From Eledone cirrhosa (taxonomy: Eukaryota), in contig OZ024742.1 in NCBI GenBank assembly GCA_964016885.1, forward strand, positions 52,886,001 to 52,950,000: 64,000 nt of DNA, given 5' to 3'. The translations under genes were made by a program, and so were the position numbers. Below, piece by piece: positions 49,491 through 62,859 of this stretch (its first letter is position 1; each line of letters begins with the position of its first letter). The notes below the pieces were generated by a model, which was not told where the DNA came from, did no database searches, and was given only the letters and a program-made list of their open reading frames with translations.

Positions 49491-50768
49491 GAAATGCCCA
49501 TATATTTCTCTGTGTGTGTATATATATATATATATTACACGCACAGAAATGTATATATATTTCTGTGTGTATATATATATATATATATATTACACACACA
49601 GAAATGTATATATATTTCTGTGTATATATATATATATTTCTGTGTGTGTGTATATATATATATATTACACACACAGAAATGTATATATATTTCTTAGAAC
49701 AAAATTATTATTAATGTTTTGCTGTTCATAACAATTGGAATTGAAAAATTACTTTTGAAATTATTAGTTATTTTACTAATGCTTAGATATGTAAAAATGA
49801 AGCAATGTTTCTAATAATTGTTTCTACTTTTGGCACAAGGCCAGCAAATACCCAGTACATTACTGGTACTTTATTTTATCGACCCCGTGAGGATGAAAGG
49901 CAAAGTTAACCTCGGCGGTATTTGAACTTAGACCGTAAAGGGACGTAACTCCATGCTATGAAGCATGGTGTCCGGCTCTCTACAGATTCTTCCAATCCAC
50001 CGCCCTAATGTCTGTACATAATGAGGGAGTGAGAGGGGAGAGAAAGAAAGGCAGAGGTGAAGTGACGAAGTGACGAAGTGACTCTCTCCTCCTCCTCCTC
50101 CATCTCCCCATTCATCACAGGGATAGAGGGGAGGAATGTTAGTGTGTTACAAAGAGAAAGAGTGAGAGTGAGAGAAACAGACAGACTAAAAGAGAGGGAT
50201 AGCTGGAGAGAGAGAGAGATATAGCAACCACGCGCGCACGTGTTTCCACTGTCGGACAGACAGACAGAGAAATTGATGGTTATATATTATAAGGAGATTC
50301 AATGGCAATCTTCTTCAAATGGTCCTTATTATCAGCAGCAACAACCACAAATTCAATTGCAACCTTCTTCAAACCACAAATTCAATGGCAACCTTCTTCA
50401 AATGGTCCTTGCATGGTGTCAAGTCAGAACCGCCTCGAACTGGTTACTTCTGGCTTGTGCAAGGTGTCTCTATAGCAACCAGCGATTCCCTCGGCCTCAG
50501 TGACCAAAGTCAGTGGAGAGGGGAAGGTAATGTTTCTATAGCGACAGTGTTTCTCTTGGTAGTACCAAAGTGGAGAAAGGAAGGGAAGGTAATATTTCTG
50601 TAGCACGTGTTTTAGCGTCTATTCACTCTCTCTCTCTCTCCCTCTCTCCCTCCCGCTATCCCCCTCTCGTAGTCTGTCTCTTTCTTTCACTCTCACTCTC
50701 TCTCTACGCACGTGTTTCCACTGTCGGACAGACAGACAGAGAAATTGTTGGTTATATATATAAGTAGA
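48750..50768 (-). mobile_element. Second non-autonomous Helitron (composite), head-to-tail with the first
   Basis: A|TCTACTTATATATATAACC start at 50768, a similar start near 50297, 3' GC hairpin + CTAG at 48750; internal 195-bp duplication 49234-49430 / 50411-50605. Confidence 0.6.
49812..50005 (-). mobile_element. tRNA-derived SINE inside the Helitron
   Basis: taataattgtttctacttttggcacaaggccagc..tttgaacttag..ccaatccaccgccc. Confidence 0.85.
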
Positions 50769-51132
50769 TATTTCAAAGGTACTGTGCTGTTTTTTTCAGC
50801 ACGTCCTCATCAGAGAAAATATATGATTTTATATATAACATACCGCTACGGTCTTGATTAATCAATTCCCGTATTGGCAGTATGGGAAATGAATAATCAA
50901 GACCGTAGCGGTATGTCATATATCAAATCATATATTTTATCTGATGAGAACGTACTGAAAAAAACAGAACAGTACCTTTGAAATTTATATAATAAAGTAT
51001 ATATTTTGATTATGCTAATATTTTTCATTTTGAATAATATTAAAAACTCCAGGAAAACTTCACTGTTGAGTGCTTCTAATCTATTGTAAAACTGTATTCG
51101 TTGAGTAATCAACGAACCATAATAATCTGTGG

Positions 51133-51201
<69 letters not shown>

Positions 51202-51243
51202 ATAATATATAAGATCAAAAGATGGTTAAAGGAGTTCCATGTA

Positions 51244-51310
51244 TTTTATTATGCGCATTTCAAAAACAAACGTCATCATGCAATAATATTTGTGTTTTCA
51301 TCAGATAAAA
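51244..51310 (-). ncRNA. Hammerhead ribozyme in PLE pLTR
   Basis: ttttat CTGATGA aaac..gtttt t GAAA t GCGC a TA ataaaa. Confidence 0.75.
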
Positions 51311-52113
51311 CAGGAGGACATGATATGAAGGCTAAAAAACACTTGTGGATAGTGCAGTTTTAAATCAACATATGAGAATTAGTTTTAGATTGATGTGTGA
51401 TATTGGGGAAAATATTTAGAGAGGGGGGTGGAAAGGATGAAAAAAAGGGGAGGAGATGAGAGTGAAGGTGGAGAGGTAGAGATGGGTGATAGAGAGAGAG
51501 AGATAGTTTTTATAACTGAGAAAGATATATTGTTTTACATAGAGAGGTTGAAAACCGTTGGAAGATAATGTATAAATTAAAAGAATTTGAAAATTAACGA
51601 AGGGAAAAATATGTACGAAGAAGGAGAGGGAGTTAATATGTATTGAGATTAAAAAGTTTGATGATAGAGAGAATAGAATAATGAATTGCGGATGAATATT
51701 CTAACGTCAAAAAAGTGTGTGTGTTTACAAGTATTATGGAAATTTGAAAATTAACGAAGAGAAAAAAATTATTAAGGTTTGTGTATTGAAGGATTTGAGA
51801 AAAATAATGTAAAGTTAAGGTTTGTATATTGAAGGAATTGATAATATGTGCGAAGAAAGAGTTAATATGTATTAAGAATGAGTTAAATGATAGGGAGAAA
51901 AAAATAATGAATTAAGGATGAATAATCTTGCGTCAAAACAAATGTATATGTTACGAAGGATTTTACAAGGTGAAAATAGAGTAAGGGTAATGAGTAAACA
52001 AGTATTATAGAGTGTATAATATTGAAATAAGGTAGGAAGATGGGTATATTTTAAAAGAGGTGTATGTATATGTGCCTTTGAGAAAAGATTCTAAATTGAT
52101 AAAGAATTGAATA

Positions 52114-52500
52114 TTAGCTGTATACTTTGTGAAATGTCTTATGGAATTTATGCAAGCAGATAGAAAACAAATCTGTTCGTCTATTTATTATAGAATCTAG
52201 ATTAGAGATAATGGTAAATTTTTCATTTAGGCAGAGATTGCAGATTTTAGATAGAGAGCTGTTCAAGTATGAAGACGCAGAAGAAACCTTCTTCCAAAAG
52301 ATGGTATATTTAATGTTTTTGTCTTTCAAGGACCATATGAGTTCTGAGAGAGCCGTGTTGGTTCTTTTAAGTTTGTATTTAAAAGATGAATGATGATTAT
52401 AGAGACGAGCTTTAAAAGAGGTGGAAGTGGAGCCAAAATAGGTGAAGGAATTGGTGTTAGTTATAACTTTACATTCATAAATTAACACCAATTCCTTCAC
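52114..52500 (-). pseudogene. PLE GIY-YIG endonuclease fragment (Naiad-like C-terminus)
   Basis: LIYECKV..TYFGSTSTSFKARLYNH..TALSELIWSLK..CNLCLNEK..INRRTDLFSICLH. Confidence 0.8.
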
Positions 52501-52882
52501 CTATTTTGGCTCCACTTCCACCTCTTTTAAAGCTCGTCTCTATAATCATCATTCATCTTTTAAATACAAACTTAAAAGAACCAACACGGCTGGCTCTCTC
52601 ATACTTGAACAGCTCTCTATCTAAAATCTGCAATCTGTTCCAACGGTTTTCAACCTCTCTATGTAAAACTTTCTCAGTTATAAAAACTATCTCTCTCTCT
52701 CTATCACCCATCTCTCCCTCTCCACCTTCACTCTCATCTCCTCCCCTTTTTTTCATCCTTTCCACCCCCCTCTCTAAATATTTTTCCCAATATCACACAT
52801 CAATCTAAAACTAATTCTCATATGTTGATTTAAAACTGCACTATCCACAAGTGTTTTTTAGCCTTCATATCATGTCCTCCTG

Positions 52883-52949
52883 TTTTATCTGATGAAAACA
52901 CAAATATTATTGCATGATGATGTTTGTTTTTGAAATGCGCATAATAAAA
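52883..52949 (+). ncRNA. Hammerhead ribozyme (inverted pLTR copy)
   Basis: ttttat CTGATGA aaac..gtttt t GAAA t GCGC a TA ataaaa; palindromic stem III loop. Confidence 0.75.
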
Positions 52950-53118
52950 TACATGGAACTCCTTTAACCATCTTTTGATCTTATATATTATGTATACTCC
53001 AGTCCTACAAACTGTAGAGTGCTTCTTATCCGATATCTGCATTGCTTTATTGTACTACAATAAAACCCACCTCCTACATATATATACAATATATATATAC
53101 AATATATATATATATACA

Positions 53119-53152
<34 letters not shown>

Positions 53153-53242
53153 ATCATTAAGATGCCTATTATCTACTAACGTATAAAGTACCTTTTATAA
53201 CTGAGGTCACCTGCCGATACCCATCGGGAACCCACTCATGAT

Positions 53243-53309
<67 letters not shown>

Positions 53310-53434
53310 GTGCGTGTGTGTTGTGTGTGTATGTGCGTGTGTGTATGTCTGTGTGTTGTGTAAATATATACATATGTGTCTGTATATGCGTGTGTGTGAG
53401 TATGTGTGTTTAGATTTTATTATATATATTATCG

Positions 53435-53621
53435 GGAGATTGGCAGTATCGGTAGAGGGTCGGACGCCATGCTTTCCAGCATAGTTACGTCCCTTTACGA
53501 TCTGAGTTCAAATCCCGCCGAGGTTAACTTTGCCTTTCATCCTTACGAGGTCGATAAAATAAAGTACCAGTAATGCACTGGAATAATTGCTGGCCTTGTG
53601 CCAAAAGTAGAAACAATTATA
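53435..53621 (+). mobile_element. tRNA-derived SINE
   Basis: gattggcagtatcgg..gagttcaaatcc..ggccttgtgccaaaagtagaaacaattat. Confidence 0.85.
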
Positions 53622-54246
53622 TATATTATCACCATATCTATATATGTATATGTGTATTCGTCTATACGTGTGTATATATATATGTACGTATGTGTATTCG
53701 TGTATACGTGTGTATATATATGTACGTATTTACGTAGTCTACTTGGTTGGTAGGTGATATTTGCATGAGTTGTTTGAGTACATGAAATTATCAGAAATGA
53801 AATATTATTCAAATATATATTTTTGAGAAAAGGGGAATTTGAAATCGCTTATCTTTTTCTTTACCACCATGTTTGATTTTTTTTTACATACACATACATA
53901 TACATATATAGAGGTGTGTGTGTATTTATATATATATATAATCTGTGTTTTTCGAATATTAATAATAATATTCGATTCGTTTGCAATTATGCAAACTGCC
54001 TCATTTTTAAAGCCATATCAATAGGCTGAGCCCCTCGTTTTAATTTTTTTATTTTTTTATTTTATTTATTTGAATATGGCAAAGCCTGCCATTAATCGCT
54101 CGTATACAGGAAACTGACTGGCCTGTCTGCTGATATCCAAATCTGGATGATCAGTGGATCTGCTATATGCAAATCAGGCCGATCAGTCACTGTATATTTC
54201 AGAAAATATCATCTTTTCACTAGCTCGGAGAGTTGGGAGGTGAACT

Positions 54247-54296
54247 GAACTGTACTGATGAAGGGTGATACCCAGAAACATTAGTGTCTGCAGTTC
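54247..54296 (+). ncRNA. Hammerhead ribozyme, GUC cleavage triplet
   Basis: gaactgta CTGATGA a gggt gat accc a GAAA ca ttag t GTC tgcagttc; 8-bp stem I. Confidence 0.75.
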
Positions 54297-54482
54297 TGTT
54301 TACATGCCAACACAAGAGCAAGAATGGGGGGGACTCATTCTACTGACATGACTTAAAAAACGAATCGAATATTATTATTAATATTCGAAAAACACAGATT
54401 AATTCATTGTATTCAGCCATGTAGAGCGATAATTTTTTTTTATATATACATATATATATACATATATATATTCTATTCCATT

Positions 54483-54522
<40 letters not shown>

Positions 54523-54966
54523 GAGGTTATATTTAATTTGTTGGGATTCAACAAGCTTAAACATTTTTATAACTGATATAACTTCATTTCTCCTCTCACG
54601 TAAATATACTTACGCTCTATTTGTCCTTTAAAACTCACTTCTTCTCTCACATCTTCTCTCACTTAAAAATATATTTACGCTCTTCTCTTCACAATATTTT
54701 CACTGTCAAAAAATATATGTAATCGCTCCTTCTTTTTTTTCTTTCTTTCTTTTTTCTCTCTCCATCACATATCACCTTCTTACAACAGTTTAATTTAAAT
54801 AAACCGTTATCTTTTCAATCTTTCGGACACTCATTTGCATACTCAATGACAATTTTCTATCACCCTCAATAAATGTAATATCCCCACTATCCAGGAAGCT
54901 CCAACCGTTAAGGTTGTCTTTTTTTCAGGGTATGTCAATATTTATTTATAAAACAAATCTGTATTG

Positions 54967-55032
54967 TATTTTATCTGATGAAAGCGCACCATAATTTGCC
55001 TTGGTGGCCCTTGAAATATGTATAATAAAATA
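54967..55032 (+). ncRNA. Hammerhead ribozyme
   Basis: tattttat CTGATGA aag..cacc..ggtg..ctt GAAA t atgt a TA ataaaata. Confidence 0.72.
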
Positions 55033-55070
55033 TATATGGTTTTATAAATGTACCTTCCATTTGTTAATAT

Positions 55071-55119
<49 letters not shown>

Positions 55120-55123
<4 letters not shown>

Positions 55124-55870
55124 TAAATCATGTCTATAGAATTATTAGAAAAATAAAATATATACCATTTCCTCTGCCAATCGGCATAATTAACCATATA
55201 AAAAATCAATTAGACCAAGCTATAAGGATAAAGGCTCCTATGAAGAAATCTCCGACAAATAACCGAAAGTGGCCTCTTCGCGGTGGCCCCGATAGAGTAT
55301 TTATCCAACATTTCGACAGCATGTAGAAACTGACAGCATGTAGAAACTGATCAACCATACACAATTAGGTGTAAATTCAAACTTAGAAGAAATGTGTACA
55401 TACCGTAACTATATCTCTACCATGGTTTCATCCGTATTTTTAGATATCCAATTAATAGGAAATCGACAGAGTTCGGATTCATCAGGAGACAAACTCAAAA
55501 ATAGACACTTAGTTTTCCAAAGTGATCGCGCCAAAATTAGATTCAAAAATGGCTAAGATCCGCAATATGGCCGTGGTCAAGTTAGAAAGAATGTGATTGG
55601 TTGCTTACGGTGGGTAGGCTTGTTGCTAGAAAGCGCAGCCAAATATCGCCAAATTATATCTCAACCTAACGGGAGATTATTAAATATAAAGGTTTACATA
55701 TACATAAAGTTATATATGTTGCAACCGGTCACTTTGTGGCTCTATGAAGAATTAATAAATTAAATAATCAGAGCAATATATCATAAATCATGTCTATAGA
55801 ATTATTAGAAAAATAAAATATATACCATTTCCTCTGCCAATCGGCATAATTAACCATATAAAAAATCAAT
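55120..55870. repeat. About 90-bp direct repeats flanking a hammerhead-containing unit (pLTR-like)
   Basis: tcataaatcatgtctatagaattattag..aaaaatcaat at 55121 and 55781. Confidence 0.8.
55413..55490 (-). ncRNA. Hammerhead ribozyme
   Basis: gtctc CTGATGA atccg..cggat GAAA c CATG g TA gagat; palindromic CATG loop. Confidence 0.78.
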
Positions 55871-55874
55871 ATAT

Positions 55875-55990
55875 ATAAAGAAAAAAAGATGAAATCGAAA
55901 ATGCAACAGGAGTCTTATTTTAAAAAATATATATATATATTTTTAAATAAGATTCCAGTTGCATTTTCGATTTCATCTTTTTTTCTTTAT
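55875..55990. repeat. Palindrome centred on (TA)n
   Basis: ataaagaaaaaaagatgaaatcgaaaatgcaac / gttgcattttcgatttcatctttttttctttat. Confidence 0.85.
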
Positions 55991-56120
55991 ACTTTTACTC
56001 GTGTAGGACACCTCGGTTATTTTTCATTTTGTAAAAAAAACCTCACTTTCTAATATATATATATATACGTCTAGGACGTGCATGTATATATATATATATA
56101 TATACATGCACCTCCTAGAC

Positions 56121-56243
<123 letters not shown>

Positions 56244-56268
56244 TATATATTATATATATGTATATATA

Positions 56269-56353
<85 letters not shown>

Positions 56354-56972
56354 AACATGGGAAGAAAGGGGAATACTGCGTGGTTGCACATGGGTTACAT
56401 ATTATAAAATTAGTCCCTCATCAGTGATTTGCCAACCATCATTGGTATTTCATCGCATTAAAAATCAGATACCTCAGGTTTGTGCGAGCAATAACTAAAA
56501 TAAGCTATTCGGACAAGTGAATCGCGTAAAGCGAGTGAGACAAGTAAACAACATAGAAGGAAAAGCAAACCGAAGGTAGGAAAACAGCAAGCAACATTAT
56601 GGTTATCCGGTCAGCATAAGCTGGGTGAATTTCATGAGCGGTCAGAAAACAGACCGTCCGCCGTGAATGAGATGTGAGAAAGAAAGAACCCCACTACTAA
56701 CGAACGGGAGGAAGTGAGAAGGGGAGAAACAGAGAGTGAGTAAGTGGAAGTGCGAGGAAGAGGTCAGTCGAGAGAAAGTGTAACTGACAGAGGGGGCGAA
56801 AGAAGGTGAGAGAAACAGAGAGAACGGGGAGCAGTAAGAGTGAAAGAGAGAAACAGATAATCGCAATCGAGGTAAATATGTATGAAAAACATGGGAAGAA
56901 AGGGGAATACTGCGTGGTTGCACATGGGTTACATATTATAAAATTAGTCCCTCATCAGATAGTTATAAACAT

Positions 56973-57069
56973 AAATCAGTTATAAACATTTACATTTATA
57001 TTTGTCGGACTTCTAACAAATTTGTTGGAAGTCCGACAAATATAAATGTAAATGTTTATAACTGATTTA
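56973..57069. repeat. Near-perfect palindrome with no spacer
   Basis: aaatcagttataaacatttacatttatatttgtcggacttctaacaaa|tttgttggaagtccgacaaatataaatgtaaatgtttataactgattt. Confidence 0.9.
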
Positions 57070-57426
57070 GAGCACTCAACAGTTTATTGGAGTAAATATT
57101 CAATGATATTAAATAAATGGAAACTATATTTATAAAACCATTTTTATTTTATTAAATATATATTTTATTATATATATATTATTCTAGGTACCCTTGAAAT
57201 ATATATAATAAAATAAATATGGTTTTATAAATATAGTTTCCATTTATTTAATATCATTGTATATATATATATATATAAGATGAAAAAATAAAAAAATAAA
57301 AATGATCGCTCTACATGGCTGATTCGATTCGTTTGCAATGATACAAACAACCCTCATTTTTAAAGCCATGTCAGTAGAATGAGCCCCCCCCCTCCCCATT
57401 CTTTCTCTTGTGTTGGCATGTAAACA

Positions 57427-57476
57427 GAACTGCAGACACTAATGTTTCTGGGTATCACCCATCATCAGTACAGTTC
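57427..57476 (-). ncRNA. Hammerhead ribozyme, inverted partner of 54247
   Basis: gaactgta CTGATGA tgggt gat accca GAAA ca ttag t GTC tgcagttc; all stems pair. Confidence 0.8.
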
Positions 57477-57759
57477 ACTGTTCACCTATATATATGGGCT
57501 TGTGTATGTATATGTTGCATGTATATATGTGAATATGTAAGTACGCATGCATATGTGTATTCAAGTGTCAGTGTATTAATAGTTTTCTGTGTTGAATCAA
57601 TTACAGCTCAGAAGTAAGCGTTTATATGTGAATGAGAGTTTGTGTATGTTTGTAAGTGTGGTGAGTAGGTATGCATAGAAATGGCTTGATGCAAAGATAA
57701 GAGCGCTTATCCCTTGCCTTAAATAGAATATTTTTATTAACACTTAGTGATTTAAATCT

Positions 57760-58010
57760 GTCTTACTGTACGATTTACTGTTGCAAATGCCCGCAGGCCG
57801 CTCTCTGATAGGTGTGTGGTAGAGCCTGTAGCTGTGGAAACTTCCGGTGTTCTTGGACCACAGACCACATCCCTCCTTATTTTTTTTAGCAGAGTTGGCC
57901 GTCCGCAGATGCAAGCCCCTCGAGGTGGAGTGCTGTTCCAACGCGTCTCCCTCAGCATCCTCCGAGGCAATGTATTTTCCATCCTGTCGACTTGGACGAA
58001 GAGGTGTAGG
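57760..58010 (+). pseudogene. CRE-like RLE C-terminal fragment
   Basis: EPVAVETSGVLGP..LFQRVSLSILRGNVFSILST matches the P.AVET.G.WG..L.QRIS..I.RGN end of CRE-clade ORFs. Confidence 0.7.
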
Positions 58011-58272
58011 GTTAAGTTAGTTGTAGGTGGAGGATACTTGTTCGAACATCAGACATATACACACATACACAAAATAAATAAAAGGAAATTACGAAAATAT
58101 ATATCACTAAAAGTGCTCTACTATATACCTAAAAAGTATAACCTTTACATAGTTAGCATGTGCATGCATGAATACTAAATTTACAATAAATGAAATCGTC
58201 CTTGTGGAATAGATTTCCGATGTTGTAGATCTAGATTACAAGACAGTCATGGGCTCTAGGGATTACTCTTGA

Positions 58273-58322
<50 letters not shown>

Positions 58323-59657
58323 TAAGGGCCTCCTTCTACACGGTCGGTACAGTGCTCAAATCTGTCCATAACCCTCCTATTGTCATTTGTCGTAATGTCC
58401 ATTAGATATCAGAAGGTATTGTTATTTTAAATATTTCTTTAAAATATCTAAACACACAAAGTAATAAAGAAAATAATAGTAAAATGTATTTTACAAAAAT
58501 TATAAAATATTTACAGAACTTCAGTATATAAAGTGTTTTTTTTTTGCTTTTCTTTTTTTTTCTTTTGGGTATATATGAAGTGTTTGTGGAGTCTTCCTAG
58601 TCAGGAATAACTTACAACCATTTTAGAAACAGTCCTCTTCAAGATTGTATGGCAGCATACCGGACAGTTCCAGACTGTTGAGAATTTCAACATGATATTG
58701 AACAGCTTCATCCTTGTCGACAACGTTATCGTATTGGTCTAGCTACCTCCAGGGATCATTTGTGAGAGATTTAGTTGATGACATTCTCTGTGATGTTTTT
58801 GGTGCAAGAATTGCTCTTTCAGTCAACCAATCCTCATTGAAATGGTGGATTTGGCAATTGGGGAACACTTACAAGGCTTTCCATGACAGTTCAAAATGAC
58901 GAAGGATCAAAACATCCTTCAATATCAAGGGATTGCTTTTCTATAAATTTAAACGTCTAAGAGGTGCATATCTGTAACTTCCTTTTTATAAGGACACAGA
59001 CAGACAGATAGATACACAAGCACACACACGCAGCGCCCTTATTATCATATTTACACATATTTTTTCCTCTGCTGCTACACCGTCTTTTTCGTTCTATGTA
59101 TCTTTACCCTTTCTAGCAGTCTCTCTCTCTGTTAGCCTCTTCCTCACCCTTCACTCACTCATTCTCTGTCACTACCTCTCCTCCTCCTCTTTCTTCCCGT
59201 TTGACCTGTGAGTAATTCTTTTCTCTCACATTCTCGGCCAAGCTGGTCGGAATTTTTTCTCTCTCGTCTACGATTTCACAGAACTTATGTTTACCGAATT
59301 CGCAGACCAGACCCCTTCTTCCTCCCGTTAGACCTGTGCGAAATTCCTTCCTTGCTCACATTTCAACCAGGTTTGATGGTCTTTATTCTCTCGTTAACGA
59401 TTTCACCGAACTTAAATTCATAGAAATCTGGGACTTGTCTCCTTCTTCCTCACTTTCTGTTGCTTCACCATTTTGTTTGTTTACCCTCGTGTCCCCTTTA
59501 TTTACGTGTCCCAACGACTTTTTTTAGCCGTTGCTCGCACCAACCGGAGGTATATGGTCTTTAAAGCGATGAAATGCCTATGATAGTTGGAAGATCACTG
59601 ATGAAGGACAAACTTTTTTCATATGTAACCCATTTGCAACTCCGCAGCGCCCTTATT

Positions 59658-59700
<43 letters not shown>

Positions 59701-59767
59701 AAAAATATATATATATATATATATAAAGATATATATATATATATAAAAATATACATATATATATATG

Positions 59768-59878
59768 AAAAGATTCAGGAACCCGGCGGCTGAGCTCCGG
59801 CCGTTTCAACAGCTAGATCCGAACTAGATCTAGCTGCCGAAATGGCCGGAGCTCAGCCGTCGGGGTCCTGAATCTTTT
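59768..59878. repeat. GC-rich palindrome; related sequence at 41575-41680
   Basis: aagattcaggaacccggcggctgagctccggccgtttc..cagctagatc / gatctagctg..gaaatggccggagctcagccgtcggggtcctgaatctt. Confidence 0.8.
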
Positions 59879-59973
59879 CATATTATCCACTCTACTACCC
59901 CACATATCGAGTACTCTGATGCGTTATGGTCCACCTTGTATATTACCACACCCTCTTTGTTATATATATATAT

Positions 59974-60052
<79 letters not shown>

Positions 60053-60272
60053 ATATATATATATAAACAAAACTAGAATTTGGCTTATCGCTCTCACATA
60101 GCGGCTTACATAAATGTTAGAACAAACGGATGATGGTGGTTATCTAAAAAAAACATGGCGTAATGAGGGTGTTTGTTTGCAAACGAATCGAATATTATTA
60201 TTATCATTCGATATAAAACTCATGAATATATATGTATGTATATAGATAGATATATATATGTGTGTATGTGTA

Positions 60273-60307
<35 letters not shown>

Positions 60308-61109
60308 GTGTGCGTGTATGTGTAAAAAGAAATAACAACACAATCGGTACAGTATATGGAAGGAATATATTAGGTTAGCGCTTGAAATAACAGGAAGAGG
60401 GTCTTAACGTTTCGGGCACTAATCCTTCATTAGAAGAAAGAATGAGAAATAAGATAGATTGAAGGGACGGGCGAAGTGGAATTGGAGAAAATGTCTTTAG
60501 ATAAAAATAACAGGTCCATTTATGTTGACATCTCTTGGAAAACTGTTGATTCTGGCGTTTTGTGTATGATATATTTTTTTTAGAAAATTGTATGATGGAA
60601 CGCGTCTACCTGAAATGGAAAAAAAAAACGTTTGTATATAGAGTTATACTTGTGCGCCTGGTCACTCTTCCCTACATGTCTCAGTCCTGGGCCTCCTTTT
60701 ACATCGTGGATCACAGGACTCGCGCACCAGGACTGAACAGAGTCTGATTTACCGCCTTGGGTCCTGATCCCCTCATAGACTCAACTCCCCTCCCCAATTT
60801 CTTTAATACCCCGTCCGTTATCACACACGCGCTTGTACATTCACCCCTAGATTCCTATGGCTCTCTTCTGGTCAGACACATATACTCTTACAACTAATAC
60901 GGACCAATAAAAGATGCACACTCCACTTTTCCCTTCACAGCTCTGTATATACACACACACTCCCTTATATCAACATACTTTTCCTCATAGCTTCGTACTT
61001 ACAAGCACACACACATTCTTTTACTTACATATACACACACATATCTTCTTAGCTTCGTACGCACGTATAATAACACACAGACACACACAGACACACACAG
61101 ACACACACA

Positions 61110-61278
<169 letters not shown>

Positions 61279-61389
61279 CGTTTCTGAATTTGTTTATCAA
61301 GATTCTTTATCTGAAAACGTGTGTTGAAACCGATATTGTTATGCTTTGGGAGGGTCATGTTGCCAATAAGAAACACACGCACCATGCTT

Positions 61390-61787
61390 TCACTTCAACT
61401 CCCTGTATAGATAAGAAATGTATAATCTGTAAACTAAGCCCCCATATTATCTGTAAAACTAGAAATGTAGTATATAGCATAAGATGTACTGAAGGACAAT
61501 GTAGAGATAAGAATATAGTGTACATAGGTGAGACAGCTCGTAGTATAGGAGAACGGATAAATGAACACTGGCGAGAGCTTCAAGATAGTAAAGAATCATC
61601 TGTACTACACCAACATGCTAAAATAGAACATAAGGGTAAATTAGAGAACATAGAAATTAAAATAGAATCTACACACAGAAAAGACGCAATGTTTAGACAA
61701 ATCACAGAGGCAATAAATATAAATGAACTCCAACCAAAATTAAATAGAAAACATGAATGGAATAGCAACATCACAACTTACAATTAA
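61390..61787 (+). pseudogene. PLE GIY-YIG endonuclease fragment with upstream Cys cluster (Neptune-like)
   Basis: PCIDKKCIIC..CKTRNVVYSIRC..VYIGETARSIGERINEH..LHQH..RQITEAINI..PKLNRKHEW. Confidence 0.85.
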
Positions 61788-61983
61788 AGACAAAATGAAA
61801 ACACACACACACATAGAACAAACAACCAACCGGTAACATGTAAATAAACAAATAAATAAATATAAACACACACAGACACCCGGATGTAATACATGCGCAA
61901 ACTAAGCACACAACATACACAAAAACAAGATGGCGTAGGACATAACAAAGGAGAGACACACAAAACAAAGAAAAGAATCTCCA

Positions 61984-62026
61984 GTCACTGAAGAGGTCAC
62001 AGAATGTGTGACGAAAGAACTTTGAC
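61984..62026 (+). ncRNA. Hammerhead-like motif, stem III degenerate
   Basis: gtca CTGAAGA g gtcac agaatgt gtgac GAAA gaactt tgac. Confidence 0.5.
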
Positions 62027-62859
62027 AATATATGAACAATCGTCTGGTTGTGGAACCAACCAATCGGAAATTTATAAATTCCTAAATTTATAAATTTAAT
62101 TTATAATAAATTGAAGTGAAAGCAACTGGTGCGTTTGTTTCTTATTGGCAACATGACCCTCCCAAAGCATAACAATATATATATATATATATATGCAGGT
62201 ATTACACAAAAATTCCTATATAAAGGACATGAACAAAAGTGATATTTTAAAAATCTTAACATAATTCGTTTGGTAAAAAAAATATTGTATATCTGACAAC
62301 TGATCCTGGTATTACCATAAATTTAAGTTCTTTCAAAACAAAGCATAACTCACCGTGAAAGACAATTTAGATAAACAGTGTTGTATTTTCTGTGGTTTAA
62401 AACATCTGTATATAAAAAATTTCGTACAAAAATGGACTGAAAACAAAAATCAACTGTTACACTTTAGATACATTTTTCAGTCGGGTAACTAAGAAAATGC
62501 ACAATTTTTTTTTCCTGTAGTTGAACAACAGAATCGTAAATATGCAGTTTTCAGCAAAACTTTCATCCACACATATAATGATAATTGATAAATGACTAAA
62601 TTCTATTAATTTATATGCGTAATTAAAACATCTGATGATTTGAAAGCAACACGCTGATCATTCTTTGTACGCTGGTTACTTGTGCTAAGCTGTATCTTTT
62701 AGAAAAAATAACAGTTCAGTGTCTAAGTAAATATTATAATTAACTAATTAAATATTTAAATCTCAAATATCTACGCAGGTTTGAGAAAGTACCAGATTGG
62801 TGATTGGCGCGAATAAGATACAAAAACTGCAATATGGTGGGATGAACGAAAAAGAACCA

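Larger units (their letters stand above)
51197..53090 (-). mobile_element. 5'-truncated Penelope-like element with inverted pLTR and tail extension
   Basis: GIY-YIG fragment; 51200-51563 inverted at 52638-52990; a hammerhead in each arm; (TA)n flanks. Confidence 0.8.
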
